A stretch of 64,000 bases of DNA from an uncultured Gammaproteobacteria bacterium (GCA_964594455.1 CAZQLY010000008.1:42-64041); one strand, 5' to 3'; positions 50,480 through 59,360 are shown, counted from the first letter of the stretch. Made by a program: numbers and translations. Notes: generated by a model not told the origin, from the sequence alone.

Positions 50480-50900
50480 AAAAGAACCAAAACTGCCGGG
50501 GGTAAAATTCGCTCTCATTTCATAGCAACTATTTATCATATACCTGGCGCTCAGGTTTACCCCCGGACCCCCCCGCGCATTTTCATGTTTTTACCATAAG
50601 GAAAGCCACCCTGGCTGTGAAAGCTTGGGTGGCTTTTGGATGCCCGAGGCTAGCTGGCCCGGGCAATCGGCGACGTGGTCGAGGTGACCAGCTTGAGTGA
50701 AGACGGAGATGCGTTCCGCGGGCGACGGGGCGGCTTGTTTCCCCGGTCTCTCTTGTCGCGGGCCAAGACCGGCCTCATCACGCTGTTGACGTCGGCATCC
50801 ATCTTACGATGAATGTACGTACAGATTCTGCTGGTACGCTTACTCATGAATCAACCCCCTAACATCAGGTCCCTTGATGCTTACCCCTTAGGATGCAGCG
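50480..50900. other. GC-rich islet A (locally ~60% GC) with nested inverted repeats, inserted between murB and mraZ; candidate structured RNA or foreign insertion
   Basis: Compositional break against the AT-rich background. Hairpins GTTCTTTTG-GCAGC-AAAAGAAC, CCGGGGGTAAA...TTTACCCCCGG, and GCCACCCTGGCTGTGAAAGCTTGGGTGGC followed by TTTT. Confidence 0.4.
50650..50847 (-). CDS. Hypothetical 65-aa basic, Arg/Ser-rich micro-protein inside GC islet A
   Basis: Strong SD (AGGGGG) 8 nt upstream of ATG. The ORF may instead be a byproduct of a GC-rich RNA gene. Confidence 0.25.
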   Translation of the reverse strand: MSKRTSRICTYIHRKMDADVNSVMRPVLARDKRDRGNKPPRRPRNASPSSLKLVTSTTSPIARAS

Positions 50901-51082
50901 CTTCGTTGTAAATAAAAGAACCGGAAATATTAGCACAGAAAAATTAATTTGTCAACCCTTGTAATATTTCAAATATGATTATTTTGGGTTGTTTTTTTTA
51001 TTGACCCACAAGATGTTGTAATGATTCCTAAATTTTATAAAAAAGCTTGACCCGTTAGGGGTAAATCTGGTGTAGCAAAGTG

Positions 51083-51170
51083 TTGACCAGTGTGTTGAAG
51101 TGGTGTAAAATGGTAATAGAGTGGTAAAAAGTGGATAAATGTGGGGATAACCATTCAAGTGAGTGGATAA
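51083..51170 (+). promoter_or_regulatory. dcw-operon promoter (TTGACC, 17 nt spacer, TAAAAT) with a downstream array of GTGG direct repeats at 10-bp phasing, putative MraZ operator
   Basis: TTGACC 51083-51088 and TAAAAT 51106-51111. Repeats: GTGGTGTAAAA, TGGTAATAGA, GTGGTAAAAA, GTGGATAAAT, GTGGGGATAA and GAGTGGATAA between 51100 and 51170. Confidence 0.55.
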
Positions 51171-51199
51171 CACTATTTAGTTTGTTTACACCATAGCAA

Positions 51200-51631
51200 A
51201 TGTTTGTAGGAGAATATCATCACAATATAGACGACAAAGGACGCTTAGCGGTCCCGATCAAATTTCGAGGGGATTTAGCTAAAGGCGCGGTGGTTACCAG
51301 AGGATTGGATAACTGTTTGTTCTTATATACAAAAGAGGAATGGCAGAAACTAGCCGATCAATTGGCTAAATTACCGATTAGCAAGGCTAATACTAGAGCC
51401 TTTGCCCGTTTAATGCTGGCTGGAGCTATGGAAGTTGAAATAGATAAGCAGGGAAGAGTAATATTGCCAGACTATCTCAGAAAATATGCCACTATCAAGA
51501 AAAAGGTTGTGGTGGCCGGACTTTATAACAGATTAGAAATCTGGGACACTCTGGCCTGGAATAAATACAAGCAGGGGACGGAAAAGAATTCTAGCGATAT
51601 AGCTGAAGCCATGGGTGAATTGGGAGTTTAA
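51200..51631 (+). CDS. mraZ: Transcriptional regulator MraZ
   Basis: Two SpoVT/AbrB-like halves, N-terminal GEYHHNIDDKGRLAVP. Confidence 0.9.
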   Translation: MFVGEYHHNIDDKGRLAVPIKFRGDLAKGAVVTRGLDNCLFLYTKEEWQKLADQLAKLPISKANTRAFARLMLAGAMEVEIDKQGRVILPDYLRKYATIKKKVVVAGLYNRLEIWDTLAWNKYKQGTEKNSSDIAEAMGELGV

Positions 51632-52601
51632 TCCCAATAATCAAAATATGTTTCACACGCCGGTTCTTCTAAAAGAAACCATTGAGTGGCTAAACCTCAA
51701 GCCAAATGACAACGTGATTGATGCCACTTTGGGTGGAGGCGGTCACGCTGAGGCTATTTTAAAAGAAATATCGCCTAACGGCCAACTGATAGGTTTTGAC
51801 CTGGATCCAGCAGCCGTACAGGAAACTGAGAAGAGATTAAAGAGGCTTGGTAAGCGGATACATCTTTTTCAAAAAAGTTACACCAATGTAAAAAAAATTT
51901 ACGATGAACAATTTCCAGATATTCCAATTAATGCTATTCTACTTGACCTTGGCCTATCATCATTTCAACTCAAAGATCGGACCCGGGGATTTTCCTTTCT
52001 AGATTCTAACGCCCCGTTGGATATGCGCTTCTCAGGCGAAGGCAAGACAGCGGCAGATATCCTCAATACGTTCTCTAAAAAAGATCTCACTCACATACTA
52101 TCGGAGTACGGCCAAGAACCTTATACCCGCCAGATTGTCACCGATATTTATCGGCAAAGGCAAAAACAAAAATTTTCTACAGTAGGCGATCTGGCCGCGG
52201 CCGTACTCCGGGTATATAAAAGTAAGCTTCATTCAAATAATAAAAAACCTTGGGTTGGCGGAACTCACCCAGCGACTCGTACGTTTCAAGCGCTACGCAT
52301 GGCTGTGAATGATGAGTTGTCCAATATTCAAGTCGTTCTTCAGCAAGCCGTTGATGTCATGGTCAGCGGCGGACGACTCGTGGTGATAAGCTTCCATTCT
52401 TTAGAAGACAAAGTGGTCAAGGAGTTTATTGCTCAAGAGAGCCGTAATTGCATTTGTCCGCCCGAGCTACCAGTTTGTCGTTGTCAGCACAAAAAAAGGA
52501 TAAAGCGTATGACGAAAAAGGCAATTACCGCAAGCGAAGACGAACTGAAGATAAACTCACGAGCTCGGTCTGCTCACCTCAGGGTAGTTGAAAAAATATA
52601 A
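51615..52601 (+). CDS. rsmH: 16S rRNA (cytosine1402-N4)-methyltransferase
   Basis: HTPVLLKETIEWLNLKPNDNVIDATLGGGGHAEAIL. Confidence 0.9.
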   Translation: MNWEFNPNNQNMFHTPVLLKETIEWLNLKPNDNVIDATLGGGGHAEAILKEISPNGQLIGFDLDPAAVQETEKRLKRLGKRIHLFQKSYTNVKKIYDEQFPDIPINAILLDLGLSSFQLKDRTRGFSFLDSNAPLDMRFSGEGKTAADILNTFSKKDLTHILSEYGQEPYTRQIVTDIYRQRQKQKFSTVGDLAAAVLRVYKSKLHSNNKKPWVGGTHPATRTFQALRMAVNDELSNIQVVLQQAVDVMVSGGRLVVISFHSLEDKVVKEFIAQESRNCICPPELPVCRCQHKKRIKRMTKKAITASEDELKINSRARSAHLRVVEKI

Positions 52602-52606
52602 ACACT

Positions 52607-52993
52607 ATGTCAAAATACTTTTGGCTCTGCAAAGTTAATACTCAAAAACACGTCGATGGTCGCCCGATGCGGTTTAAGGACAAGATAAAATGTTCACCAT
52701 TAGCCTTGAACATCCTTTTTATTGTCGTTATTGTGCTGTTGGGAACTGCCTATTTAGTGCAAATCAATCAAACTGCTACCAGTGGTTTTGCCATGAAAGA
52801 CATGAATAAGCAAATCAATGAACTAAAGGAACAGCACCAGAAATTAGAACTCCAAGTAGCTGATCTGCAGTCATTGCAAAATATTCAAGATGCCACCGAA
52901 AGGCTTCAGCTTGTTTCTCACACCAAATTAGAATATGTCCAGCCAACCGATGGAATGGTGGCTTTGGAAAAAATAGTTCGACAATCTAAATAA
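52607..52993 (+). CDS. ftsL: FtsL/DivIC-like cell division protein (single TM plus coiled coil)
   Basis: Position between rsmH and ftsI, with a TM and coiled coil. Confidence 0.6.
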   Translation: MSKYFWLCKVNTQKHVDGRPMRFKDKIKCSPLALNILFIVVIVLLGTAYLVQINQTATSGFAMKDMNKQINELKEQHQKLELQVADLQSLQNIQDATERLQLVSHTKLEYVQPTDGMVALEKIVRQSK

Positions 52994-53002
52994 TATCTAG
53001 AT

Positions 53003-54769
53003 ATGGCAAAGGTCTGGAGGAAAAGATATCAGACAAAACGCTCTGCAGAAAAGCGCTTTGATCGACTGACTTTTCTCACCTTAGTCATTTTTTTATTTGT
53101 TGGAATAATAGTTTATCGATTGTTTGTCTTGATGGTTATGGAGCATCCGTTTTATGAAGCTCTAGCTTCGGGGCAGCATGATATTTATGAAAAGCTTATC
53201 CCAGAACGCGGGGAAATACTGGTACCTGACCGTTATTCGGAAGATCAGATGTATTCTGTGGCAACCAACAAGACATACCAGCTGGTTTATGCAGTGCCAA
53301 AAAAAATAACTGATTCTGAAGACGCGGCAAAAAAACTAGCGCCTATTTTAGACGTTGAAGAAGAAGAAATCCTCCCGCGACTTCAGAAAGAGGATGATTT
53401 ATATGAGCCTCTGAAGAGACAGGTGCCTGACGATGATATTGAGAAGATAAAAAGTTTAGAAATTGAAGGCATAGAGTTTAGCGATGAAAGTTATCGCTAT
53501 TATCCCGAAGGTAAATATTTTGGTCAGGTGCTGGGGTTTGTCGGGTATCAAGGAGACGAACGAGCTGGTCAATATGGAATCGAAGGTTATTTCAATGAAG
53601 TGCTGTCTGGTGAGCAGGGATTCTTTCAAGCTCAGATGGATGCCGGCGGTAACTGGATAACGGTAGGAGATACGCAGTTCAAAGAAGCGGTTGATGGTGC
53701 CGATATAGTATTGACCATTGATCGAACAATTCAGTTCACCGTTTGCGAGAAGCTAGCTAAGGCCGTGGAACGTCATGGGGCTGATTCAGGCAGCGTGGTT
53801 ATACTGGACCCAAAAACCGGAGCAGTTATGACCATGTGTAATTACCCGGATTACGATCCCAATAATTATAACGAAGTAGAAAGCGCTGATGTTTATATTA
53901 ATCGAGCAATATACAATCAATATGAGCCTGGATCAGTATTTAAGCCAATTACCATGGCGGCAGCATTAAACGAAGGTGAAGTCGGTCCCAACACCAAGTA
54001 TGTAGATGAAGGGAGTATTGAAATAGGCAAATATACTATTAGGAATGCGGATAGTAAAGTGTATGGAGAACAGACAATGACACAGGTGCTGGAAGAATCG
54101 ATCAATACTGGAGCTATATTTGCGGCCGAGAAAATTGGCAATGAACGTTTTTACGAATACATTAAGAGGTTTGGTTTTGGTAAAAGTACCGGTATCCAGC
54201 TTCAGACAGAGGTTTCTGGAGATTTGAGCAGTGTGGCTGAACTAAAGGATATTTATACCGCCACCGCTTCATACGGTCACGGTATTACGGTAACACCTTT
54301 ACAATTAGTCGCTGCCTATGCGGCCATAGCAAATGGTGGTAAACTCTTGAAGCCCTACATTGTGGATGAAGTAAGATATAGTGATGGCTATGTAAACAAA
54401 ACAACTCCAGAGGAGATAACTCAGGTTCTGACTTCAAAAACAGCAGCCACTCTCGGAGCTATGTTGGTCCGGGTAGTAGAAAACGGACACGGAAAACTGG
54501 CTGGAGTGAATGGTTATTATATTGCCGGTAAAACTGGCACAGCTCAATTACCCCTGACTGATAGAGTAGGCTATGATCCTAATCGTACGATCGGAAGTTT
54601 TGCTGGCTTCGGTCCGGTCGATGATCCGGCCTTTGCCATGATTGTCAGGATAGATGTTCCTAGAGATGTGATTTGGGCAGAAAGTTCAGCCGCTCCACTT
54701 TTCGGAGATATTGCAGAATTTTTATTAAATTATTTCGAGGTACCGCCTAACCGTGGTGCTAATGACTAA
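53003..54769 (+). CDS. ftsI: Penicillin-binding protein / peptidoglycan D,D-transpeptidase FtsI
   Basis: SVFK (SxxK), SIN (SxN) and KTGTA motifs, N-terminal TM. Confidence 0.9.
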   Translation: MAKVWRKRYQTKRSAEKRFDRLTFLTLVIFLFVGIIVYRLFVLMVMEHPFYEALASGQHDIYEKLIPERGEILVPDRYSEDQMYSVATNKTYQLVYAVPKKITDSEDAAKKLAPILDVEEEEILPRLQKEDDLYEPLKRQVPDDDIEKIKSLEIEGIEFSDESYRYYPEGKYFGQVLGFVGYQGDERAGQYGIEGYFNEVLSGEQGFFQAQMDAGGNWITVGDTQFKEAVDGADIVLTIDRTIQFTVCEKLAKAVERHGADSGSVVILDPKTGAVMTMCNYPDYDPNNYNEVESADVYINRAIYNQYEPGSVFKPITMAAALNEGEVGPNTKYVDEGSIEIGKYTIRNADSKVYGEQTMTQVLEESINTGAIFAAEKIGNERFYEYIKRFGFGKSTGIQLQTEVSGDLSSVAELKDIYTATASYGHGITVTPLQLVAAYAAIANGGKLLKPYIVDEVRYSDGYVNKTTPEEITQVLTSKTAATLGAMLVRVVENGHGKLAGVNGYYIAGKTGTAQLPLTDRVGYDPNRTIGSFAGFGPVDDPAFAMIVRIDVPRDVIWAESSAAPLFGDIAEFLLNYFEVPPNRGAND

Positions 54770-56054
54770 AATGAGGCAATTATTGCAAAAAATATTGCGT
54801 TCACTGGCTAGTAAGATTATCAAAAGGTATCAGCCCAAGATAATCGGAATTACTGGCAGTGTAGGCAAGACTTCCACTAAAGAAGCCATCTATACAGTAT
54901 TGGTAGAACATTATAATTGCCGCCAGAACCAAAAAAACTACAATAATGAAATAGGTGTGCCACTGTCTATAATTGGTCAAGAGAGCGGTAATAAAAATAT
55001 CTTTGCCTGGCTGAAAATTGTATTTTCAGCTTGGAGTTTAATTTACGGTAAGAAAAAAAACTATCCTGAAATTTTAATCTTAGAATTTGGCGCTGACCAC
55101 CCCGGGGACATTAAATATCTGGTTAACTTTGCCAAACCCTACATAGGTGTTGTTACAGCGGTGGGGCCAGTACACCTGGAGTATTTTTCAAAAATTGATC
55201 GTATCGCTCATGAGAAGGGGCGGCTTATACGTAACCTTCCATCTGAGGGTTCGGCAATTTTGAATATGGATGATGATCTAGTTCTACCCATGAAGGAGCA
55301 TACATCAGCCTCAGTAATTACTTTTGGCTATGGAGAAAAATCGGATATCAGAGCCCACGATATCAGTCTGAGCTATGGCCCAGACAAGAAAACCGAAGGC
55401 ATTCCCAGCGGATTGAGTTTTAAAATTACCTTCAAGGGTAACACTGTACCCATATTCATACCCAAGTTGATCGGTGAACACCAGCTCTATCCGGTTTTGG
55501 CCGCTTTTGCTGTAGGAACGGCATTTAATCTAAATGCCATTGATATTGCCAAAAGACTGGGGCAGTATCAGGCTCCCCCGGGCCGGATGAATTTGATACC
55601 GGGAATTAAGCAAACCATAATCATAGATGATTCATATAATTCATCTCCTACCGCCGCCAAAGCCGCATTAGAAGTCATCAAAGAGTTAAAAGTAACTGGT
55701 CGGAAATTTGCCGCTTTGGGCGATATGGCTGAACTAGGGACATATACAGAACAAGGCCATAATGAAGTAGGGGAATCTGTATTAGGATCCGTTGATTACT
55801 TGATTACTGTAGGAGAAAAGGCTAAGCTGATTGCGCAATCAGCTCAGGATAGTGGGTTTGACCCAGATTGCATATTTAGCTTCCCAGATTCAGCTACCGC
55901 CGGGCGCTTCATCCAGAATCGCATCCAGACGTTTGATGCCATATTGATCAAAGGATCTCAGGTGTCTCGCATGGAAAAAATAGTCAAGGAATTAATGGCT
56001 GAACCTCTACGGGCAAAGGAATTGCTCGTACGTCAGGGATCAGCCTGGCAATAG
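54753..56054 (+). CDS. murF: UDP-N-acetylmuramoyl-tripeptide--D-alanyl-D-alanine ligase
   Basis: IIGITGSVGKTSTKEAIYTVL. Confidence 0.85.
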   Translation: MVLMTKMRQLLQKILRSLASKIIKRYQPKIIGITGSVGKTSTKEAIYTVLVEHYNCRQNQKNYNNEIGVPLSIIGQESGNKNIFAWLKIVFSAWSLIYGKKKNYPEILILEFGADHPGDIKYLVNFAKPYIGVVTAVGPVHLEYFSKIDRIAHEKGRLIRNLPSEGSAILNMDDDLVLPMKEHTSASVITFGYGEKSDIRAHDISLSYGPDKKTEGIPSGLSFKITFKGNTVPIFIPKLIGEHQLYPVLAAFAVGTAFNLNAIDIAKRLGQYQAPPGRMNLIPGIKQTIIIDDSYNSSPTAAKAALEVIKELKVTGRKFAALGDMAELGTYTEQGHNEVGESVLGSVDYLITVGEKAKLIAQSAQDSGFDPDCIFSFPDSATAGRFIQNRIQTFDAILIKGSQVSRMEKIVKELMAEPLRAKELLVRQGSAWQ

Positions 56055-56088
56055 AACCAAAGCTCTCTTTTCCAAGGAGGGTACTAAA

Positions 56089-56301
56089 ATGTATGGGAAT
56101 AAGAAACCCGATCGAGTTGAATCCCATACAGGCGTCTACCACACCAACCCAGGAAAAGTGACATTTCAAGCCTGGTATGAGGTCTATCATCTCCCGGACG
56201 GTAGATACGTATGGAAAATGGTCCCAGGATCATTCAAGAAATTGAAGACAGAACCTATTACTGATCCTGAAGAACGAGACAGGGCCAGCCAATCCTGGTA
56301 G
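56089..56301 (+). CDS. Hypothetical 70-aa protein
   Basis: Strong SD AAGGAGGG 8 nt upstream. Followed immediately by a hairpin terminator. Confidence 0.45.
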   Translation: MYGNKKPDRVESHTGVYHTNPGKVTFQAWYEVYHLPDGRYVWKMVPGSFKKLKTEPITDPEERDRASQSW

Positions 56302-56334
56302 CTCACATGCATTGAATTGCGATGTGAGCTTTTA
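56300..56334 (+). terminator. Hairpin terminator after the 70-aa ORF
   Basis: AGCTCACAT-13 nt-ATGTGAGCT followed by TTTTAAT. Confidence 0.55.
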
Positions 56335-56339
56335 ATATA

Positions 56340-56796
56340 TCGACACAATCGGTTTAATAGAATATATTACATAAGCTCTTTGCAAGTTTCGGGCAGAACC
56401 AGACATCCTCCATTGGGAAAAGGGGAAATCCTTTCAAAAAAAAAATGGAGGCGGGGAACCACTTCATGGAGATCATTTGCCATGAGTGTCGGGGTTCTCA
56501 AACTCCTTAGAAACGACTTCGGCGCAACCTAATTGTGCTACACCCCGAAAACGTGACACACTGGGAGGCGTCTACTTGCATCAGTGTTCTGCCCACTTCT
56601 TCTCGAAGGTCAGGTCTGTTGCCTCGGGTTCGTCTTCTTATGGCATCCACCATCTCAAGACGCACCCACCCGGCCAATTGCCAGTGCCGGCAGTACCTGG
56701 CCTTCTCTTCTGAGACTGGAACCACTAACCATTTGTACCCAATAGGGCTCATAGGTTTAGTGGGCACCAAGAACCCATGGTTCCAGTCTCTTTTTT
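56340..56796 (+). ncRNA. Candidate structured ncRNA or long structured 5' leader, ~450 nt, GC-elevated, no coherent ORF; identity unresolved
   Basis: Only short overlapping ORFs in several frames on both strands. Nested inverted repeats: CCTCCATT...AATGGAGG (56407-56450), and a 13-bp perfect stem GAGACTGGAACCA (56712-56724) with TGGTTCCAGTCTC (56778-56790) followed by TTTTTTATTT. Strand assignment is tentative. Confidence 0.35.
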
Positions 56797-56837
56797 ATTT
56801 ACAAAAGTTTATTCTCGTTATATACTGAAGCCGTCTT

Positions 56838-57869
56838 TTGATATTGAGACGGCGCAAGATTATGGCTTTATCTAGACCAAAAATTTGCCTCTTGTTCAGC
56901 GGCGGTTCAACGTTAATCAATCGGGACAATAAACCGATTGAGGTTAACGCCAAGAAAGATATTACCGGCTGGATAAAAGAAGTCCCGGAGCTAAAAGTGA
57001 TCGCTGATATTGATGCGTTTTTTGTATTTGACGAATTAACTGATCAGATCTCTCCTCAGGTTTGGTCGACACTAGGTCAGGAAATAAAAAAACGATACAG
57101 CCAATACGATGGTTTTGTCATTACTCATGATTTCAGTTCCATAGTTTATACGGGCTCCGCACTGAGCTACATGCTCCAGAATTTGGGTAAGCCGGTAGTG
57201 CTCACCGGGTCTCAGGAATCAGATAATCCTAAAGCAGCAGAAAAAAAAGTATTTGATGGTTTCAGAAGACTGGGCATCAGAGCCAATCTGATAAATGCTG
57301 TTCAAGTGGCTACGATGGACGTAGCCGAGGTCGGTATCATTTTTGGTAATCGCTTTTTAAGAGCTACTCAAACTCAGAAAACACCCACGACTGTTTTAAA
57401 CTTTTATGATAGCCTGGCGGGATATTTGGGCAAGGTGGACTTTGGGATAAAATTGGCCGAGGATCGTCAACGTCGCCGCAAAACTGCTTTGGTATTGCGT
57501 CCGGAAATAGAGCATGAAGTTTTTGTGTTACGATTACATCCAGGCATTGATATAAAAACAGCCATTAATTCAATAACCGAAAATGCTGGAGCTATCTACA
57601 TTCAGGCGCTAGACGCCACACTGAAAGATTCTGACATTAAGTTTCTCAATAAATTTGGTTCTGACAAAAACGCTATCATATTCATTCAGCAACGCGAAAA
57701 CAAAAATATCCGAGCCAATAATCATATAGTGAATGTTCCGTCTATGTTTCCCGAAGCTTCTTTAGTTAAGATAATGTGGGCTTTGGGCCAGACCAACTCT
57801 GTCAAAAGACTGCAGGAATTAATGAACGAGAATTTGGCTAATGAGCTGATAACAGGAGCCCGACCATGA
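56838..57869 (+). CDS. L-asparaginase family protein (type I / GatD-like)
   Basis: ICLLFSGGSTL N-terminal threonine-containing motif and VVLTGSQ. The start may be the Met at 56862. Confidence 0.7.
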   Translation: MILRRRKIMALSRPKICLLFSGGSTLINRDNKPIEVNAKKDITGWIKEVPELKVIADIDAFFVFDELTDQISPQVWSTLGQEIKKRYSQYDGFVITHDFSSIVYTGSALSYMLQNLGKPVVLTGSQESDNPKAAEKKVFDGFRRLGIRANLINAVQVATMDVAEVGIIFGNRFLRATQTQKTPTTVLNFYDSLAGYLGKVDFGIKLAEDRQRRRKTALVLRPEIEHEVFVLRLHPGIDIKTAINSITENAGAIYIQALDATLKDSDIKFLNKFGSDKNAIIFIQQRENKNIRANNHIVNVPSMFPEASLVKIMWALGQTNSVKRLQELMNENLANELITGARP

Positions 57870-58468
57870 AGATATATTACTTTGCCAGCCAAGTTCAGAA
57901 AGAATCCACGCGTGGTTTGCAGCTCAGACTGAAGCGCTTATTGGAGCAGTCAGGTATTGTGGTAATGTCGAATTTGAATCTCACCGGCGAAGCGGTAACC
58001 AGCGTTATGGAGCGAGCAGAAGAATTGGGCCAGAGCGTGTTGGACCAAATGGATGCTTTAGTTATCGAAGGTTCGGGTAACGATCCTGAAATAGGCTACT
58101 TGCTGGCTTATGCTATTTCTACCAAAAAGCCAACTCTGTATCTGACTGAAAAGGGGAGTCAGGCTAAAAATCCGCTGCGATTCTTAAGTGAAAAAAAGAC
58201 CCCATCAAATATTACTGTAAAAAATTATACCGCCACCACTCTGGAAAATACTTTGCAGGGTTTGCTACCCGGATTAGATGATAGTGAATTCAATGAACCC
58301 CCAACGATAAAATTTACTTTACGCATTACTCCATTGATCGAACAATATCTCCATTGGAAAACCCATAATACTAAACTCACTAAAGCAGATTTCCTACGCC
58401 AGTTGATTATTGATGAAGTAATAAAAAAAGACGAGGAGTATCAGAAGTACCGTCGGAAAAGAAATTAG
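57866..58468 (+). CDS. Hypothetical protein, N-terminal nucleoside 2-deoxyribosyltransferase-like segment
   Basis: YYFASQ...EIGYLLAYAISTKKP resembles that fold. Low certainty. Confidence 0.4.
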   Translation: MKIYYFASQVQKESTRGLQLRLKRLLEQSGIVVMSNLNLTGEAVTSVMERAEELGQSVLDQMDALVIEGSGNDPEIGYLLAYAISTKKPTLYLTEKGSQAKNPLRFLSEKKTPSNITVKNYTATTLENTLQGLLPGLDDSEFNEPPTIKFTLRITPLIEQYLHWKTHNTKLTKADFLRQLIIDEVIKKDEEYQKYRRKRN

Positions 58469-58760
58469 CGTTCAGAATTTCTCCTCACCACGCTGGTGAA
58501 GCAGACCAGACCTCCAGGGTTGGATAGCGATGGTTTTTTGTTTTTATTAAATAATAAAATTTATTGACAAAGGCTGCTGAGCTGATAAAATATAGATAGA
58601 TATTATAGCCGTCGCATAGTACAGCGCCGTCGCAGGAATCAAGCAGAAATTGATTTTTCAAAAGCTTGGGCAAAAGATAGCTGAAATATCTGACCAAAGC
58701 CGTCTCTCAACGTTGGGGATATATCTGAAAAAGTCGGTTAGGGAGTGGAAAGGTAGAACC

Positions 58761-59192
58761 ATGAACCTTAATAAAGCCAGTATCATCGGCAATCTGACAA
58801 AAGACCCAGTGGTGCGCCAGCTCCCATCAGGCCAGAGTGTGGCCTCATTCAGCGTAGCGACTAATTATGTTTGGCGTGAACCCAAGACCCGCAACAAAAA
58901 AGAAACCACTGAGTTTCATAACGTAGTTGCTTGGGGTAAATTGGGGGAAATCTGCGGACAGTATTTGAAGAAAGGCGGAAAAGTTTATATTGAAGGCCGG
59001 CTGCAGACCCGTTTCTGGACTGATAAGTCAAATAATAAAAAATCACGCACGGAAATAGTTGCGGACGATCTGATCATGTTAGGCCACGTCAGCTCAAAGA
59101 AGGATGAGGTCAACGAATCAAAGAAAGAAGTAGAGTTGGCCAAAGAGGAAATCAGCCTCGAGAACGTACCAGTTGAAGAACCAGTCCAATAA
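58761..59192 (+). CDS. ssb: Single-stranded DNA-binding protein
   Basis: MNLNKASIIGNLTKDPVVRQLPSGQSVASFSVATN OB-fold signature. The SD GGAGTGGAAAGG lies upstream of this Met. The ORF track begins earlier, at 58650. Confidence 0.85.
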   Translation: MNLNKASIIGNLTKDPVVRQLPSGQSVASFSVATNYVWREPKTRNKKETTEFHNVVAWGKLGEICGQYLKKGGKVYIEGRLQTRFWTDKSNNKKSRTEIVADDLIMLGHVSSKKDEVNESKKEVELAKEEISLENVPVEEPVQ

Positions 59193-59331
59193 AAAGCACT
59201 TTACAATACAAATCACTTGATGTTTGCTCGCCTTACACTTTTTGGGTAGTGGAAGCCAACCCGTCCTCTGGTTTTGACTGCCAGATAAAAGGTAGGTGGG
59301 CAAAGATTAGGTGGTTTGGAATAGATTCCAT

Positions 59332-59360
59332 AAGACGGGTATTTGACCCGTCTTTTTGTT
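59332..59360 (+). terminator. Rho-independent terminator after ssb
   Basis: AAGACGGGT-ATTTG-ACCCGTCTT followed by TTTGTTT. Confidence 0.8.

Noticed and set aside
50560-50720. Possible RNase P RNA 5' end on the minus strand of islet A (AAGCTGGTCACC...GTCGCCG loosely resembling GAAGCUGACCAG...GUCGCCG)
   Set aside because: I found no downstream CR-I GGAAAGUCCGGGCU or CR-V ACAGA(A)CCCGGCUUA motifs, so the resemblance is too weak to call. Retained only as part of the islet finding.
56640-56680. SRP-RNA-like GGTCAGGTC motif in region B
   Set aside because: The surrounding sequence lacks the conserved GGAA tetraloop and AGCAGCC segment of SRP domain IV.
56317-56828. Four overlapping ORFs (56317-56532 +, 56486-56713 +, 56507-56770 -, 56535-56828 +)
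   Set aside because: Mutually overlapping in different frames and strands, no SD, within a GC-rich structured region. More consistent with an RNA gene or leader than with proteins.
58469-58560. Possible terminator after the 57866-58468 gene (GGTTTTTTGTTTTTATT)
   Set aside because: The T-run is present but I could not find a convincing GC-rich stem immediately upstream. Left uncalled.
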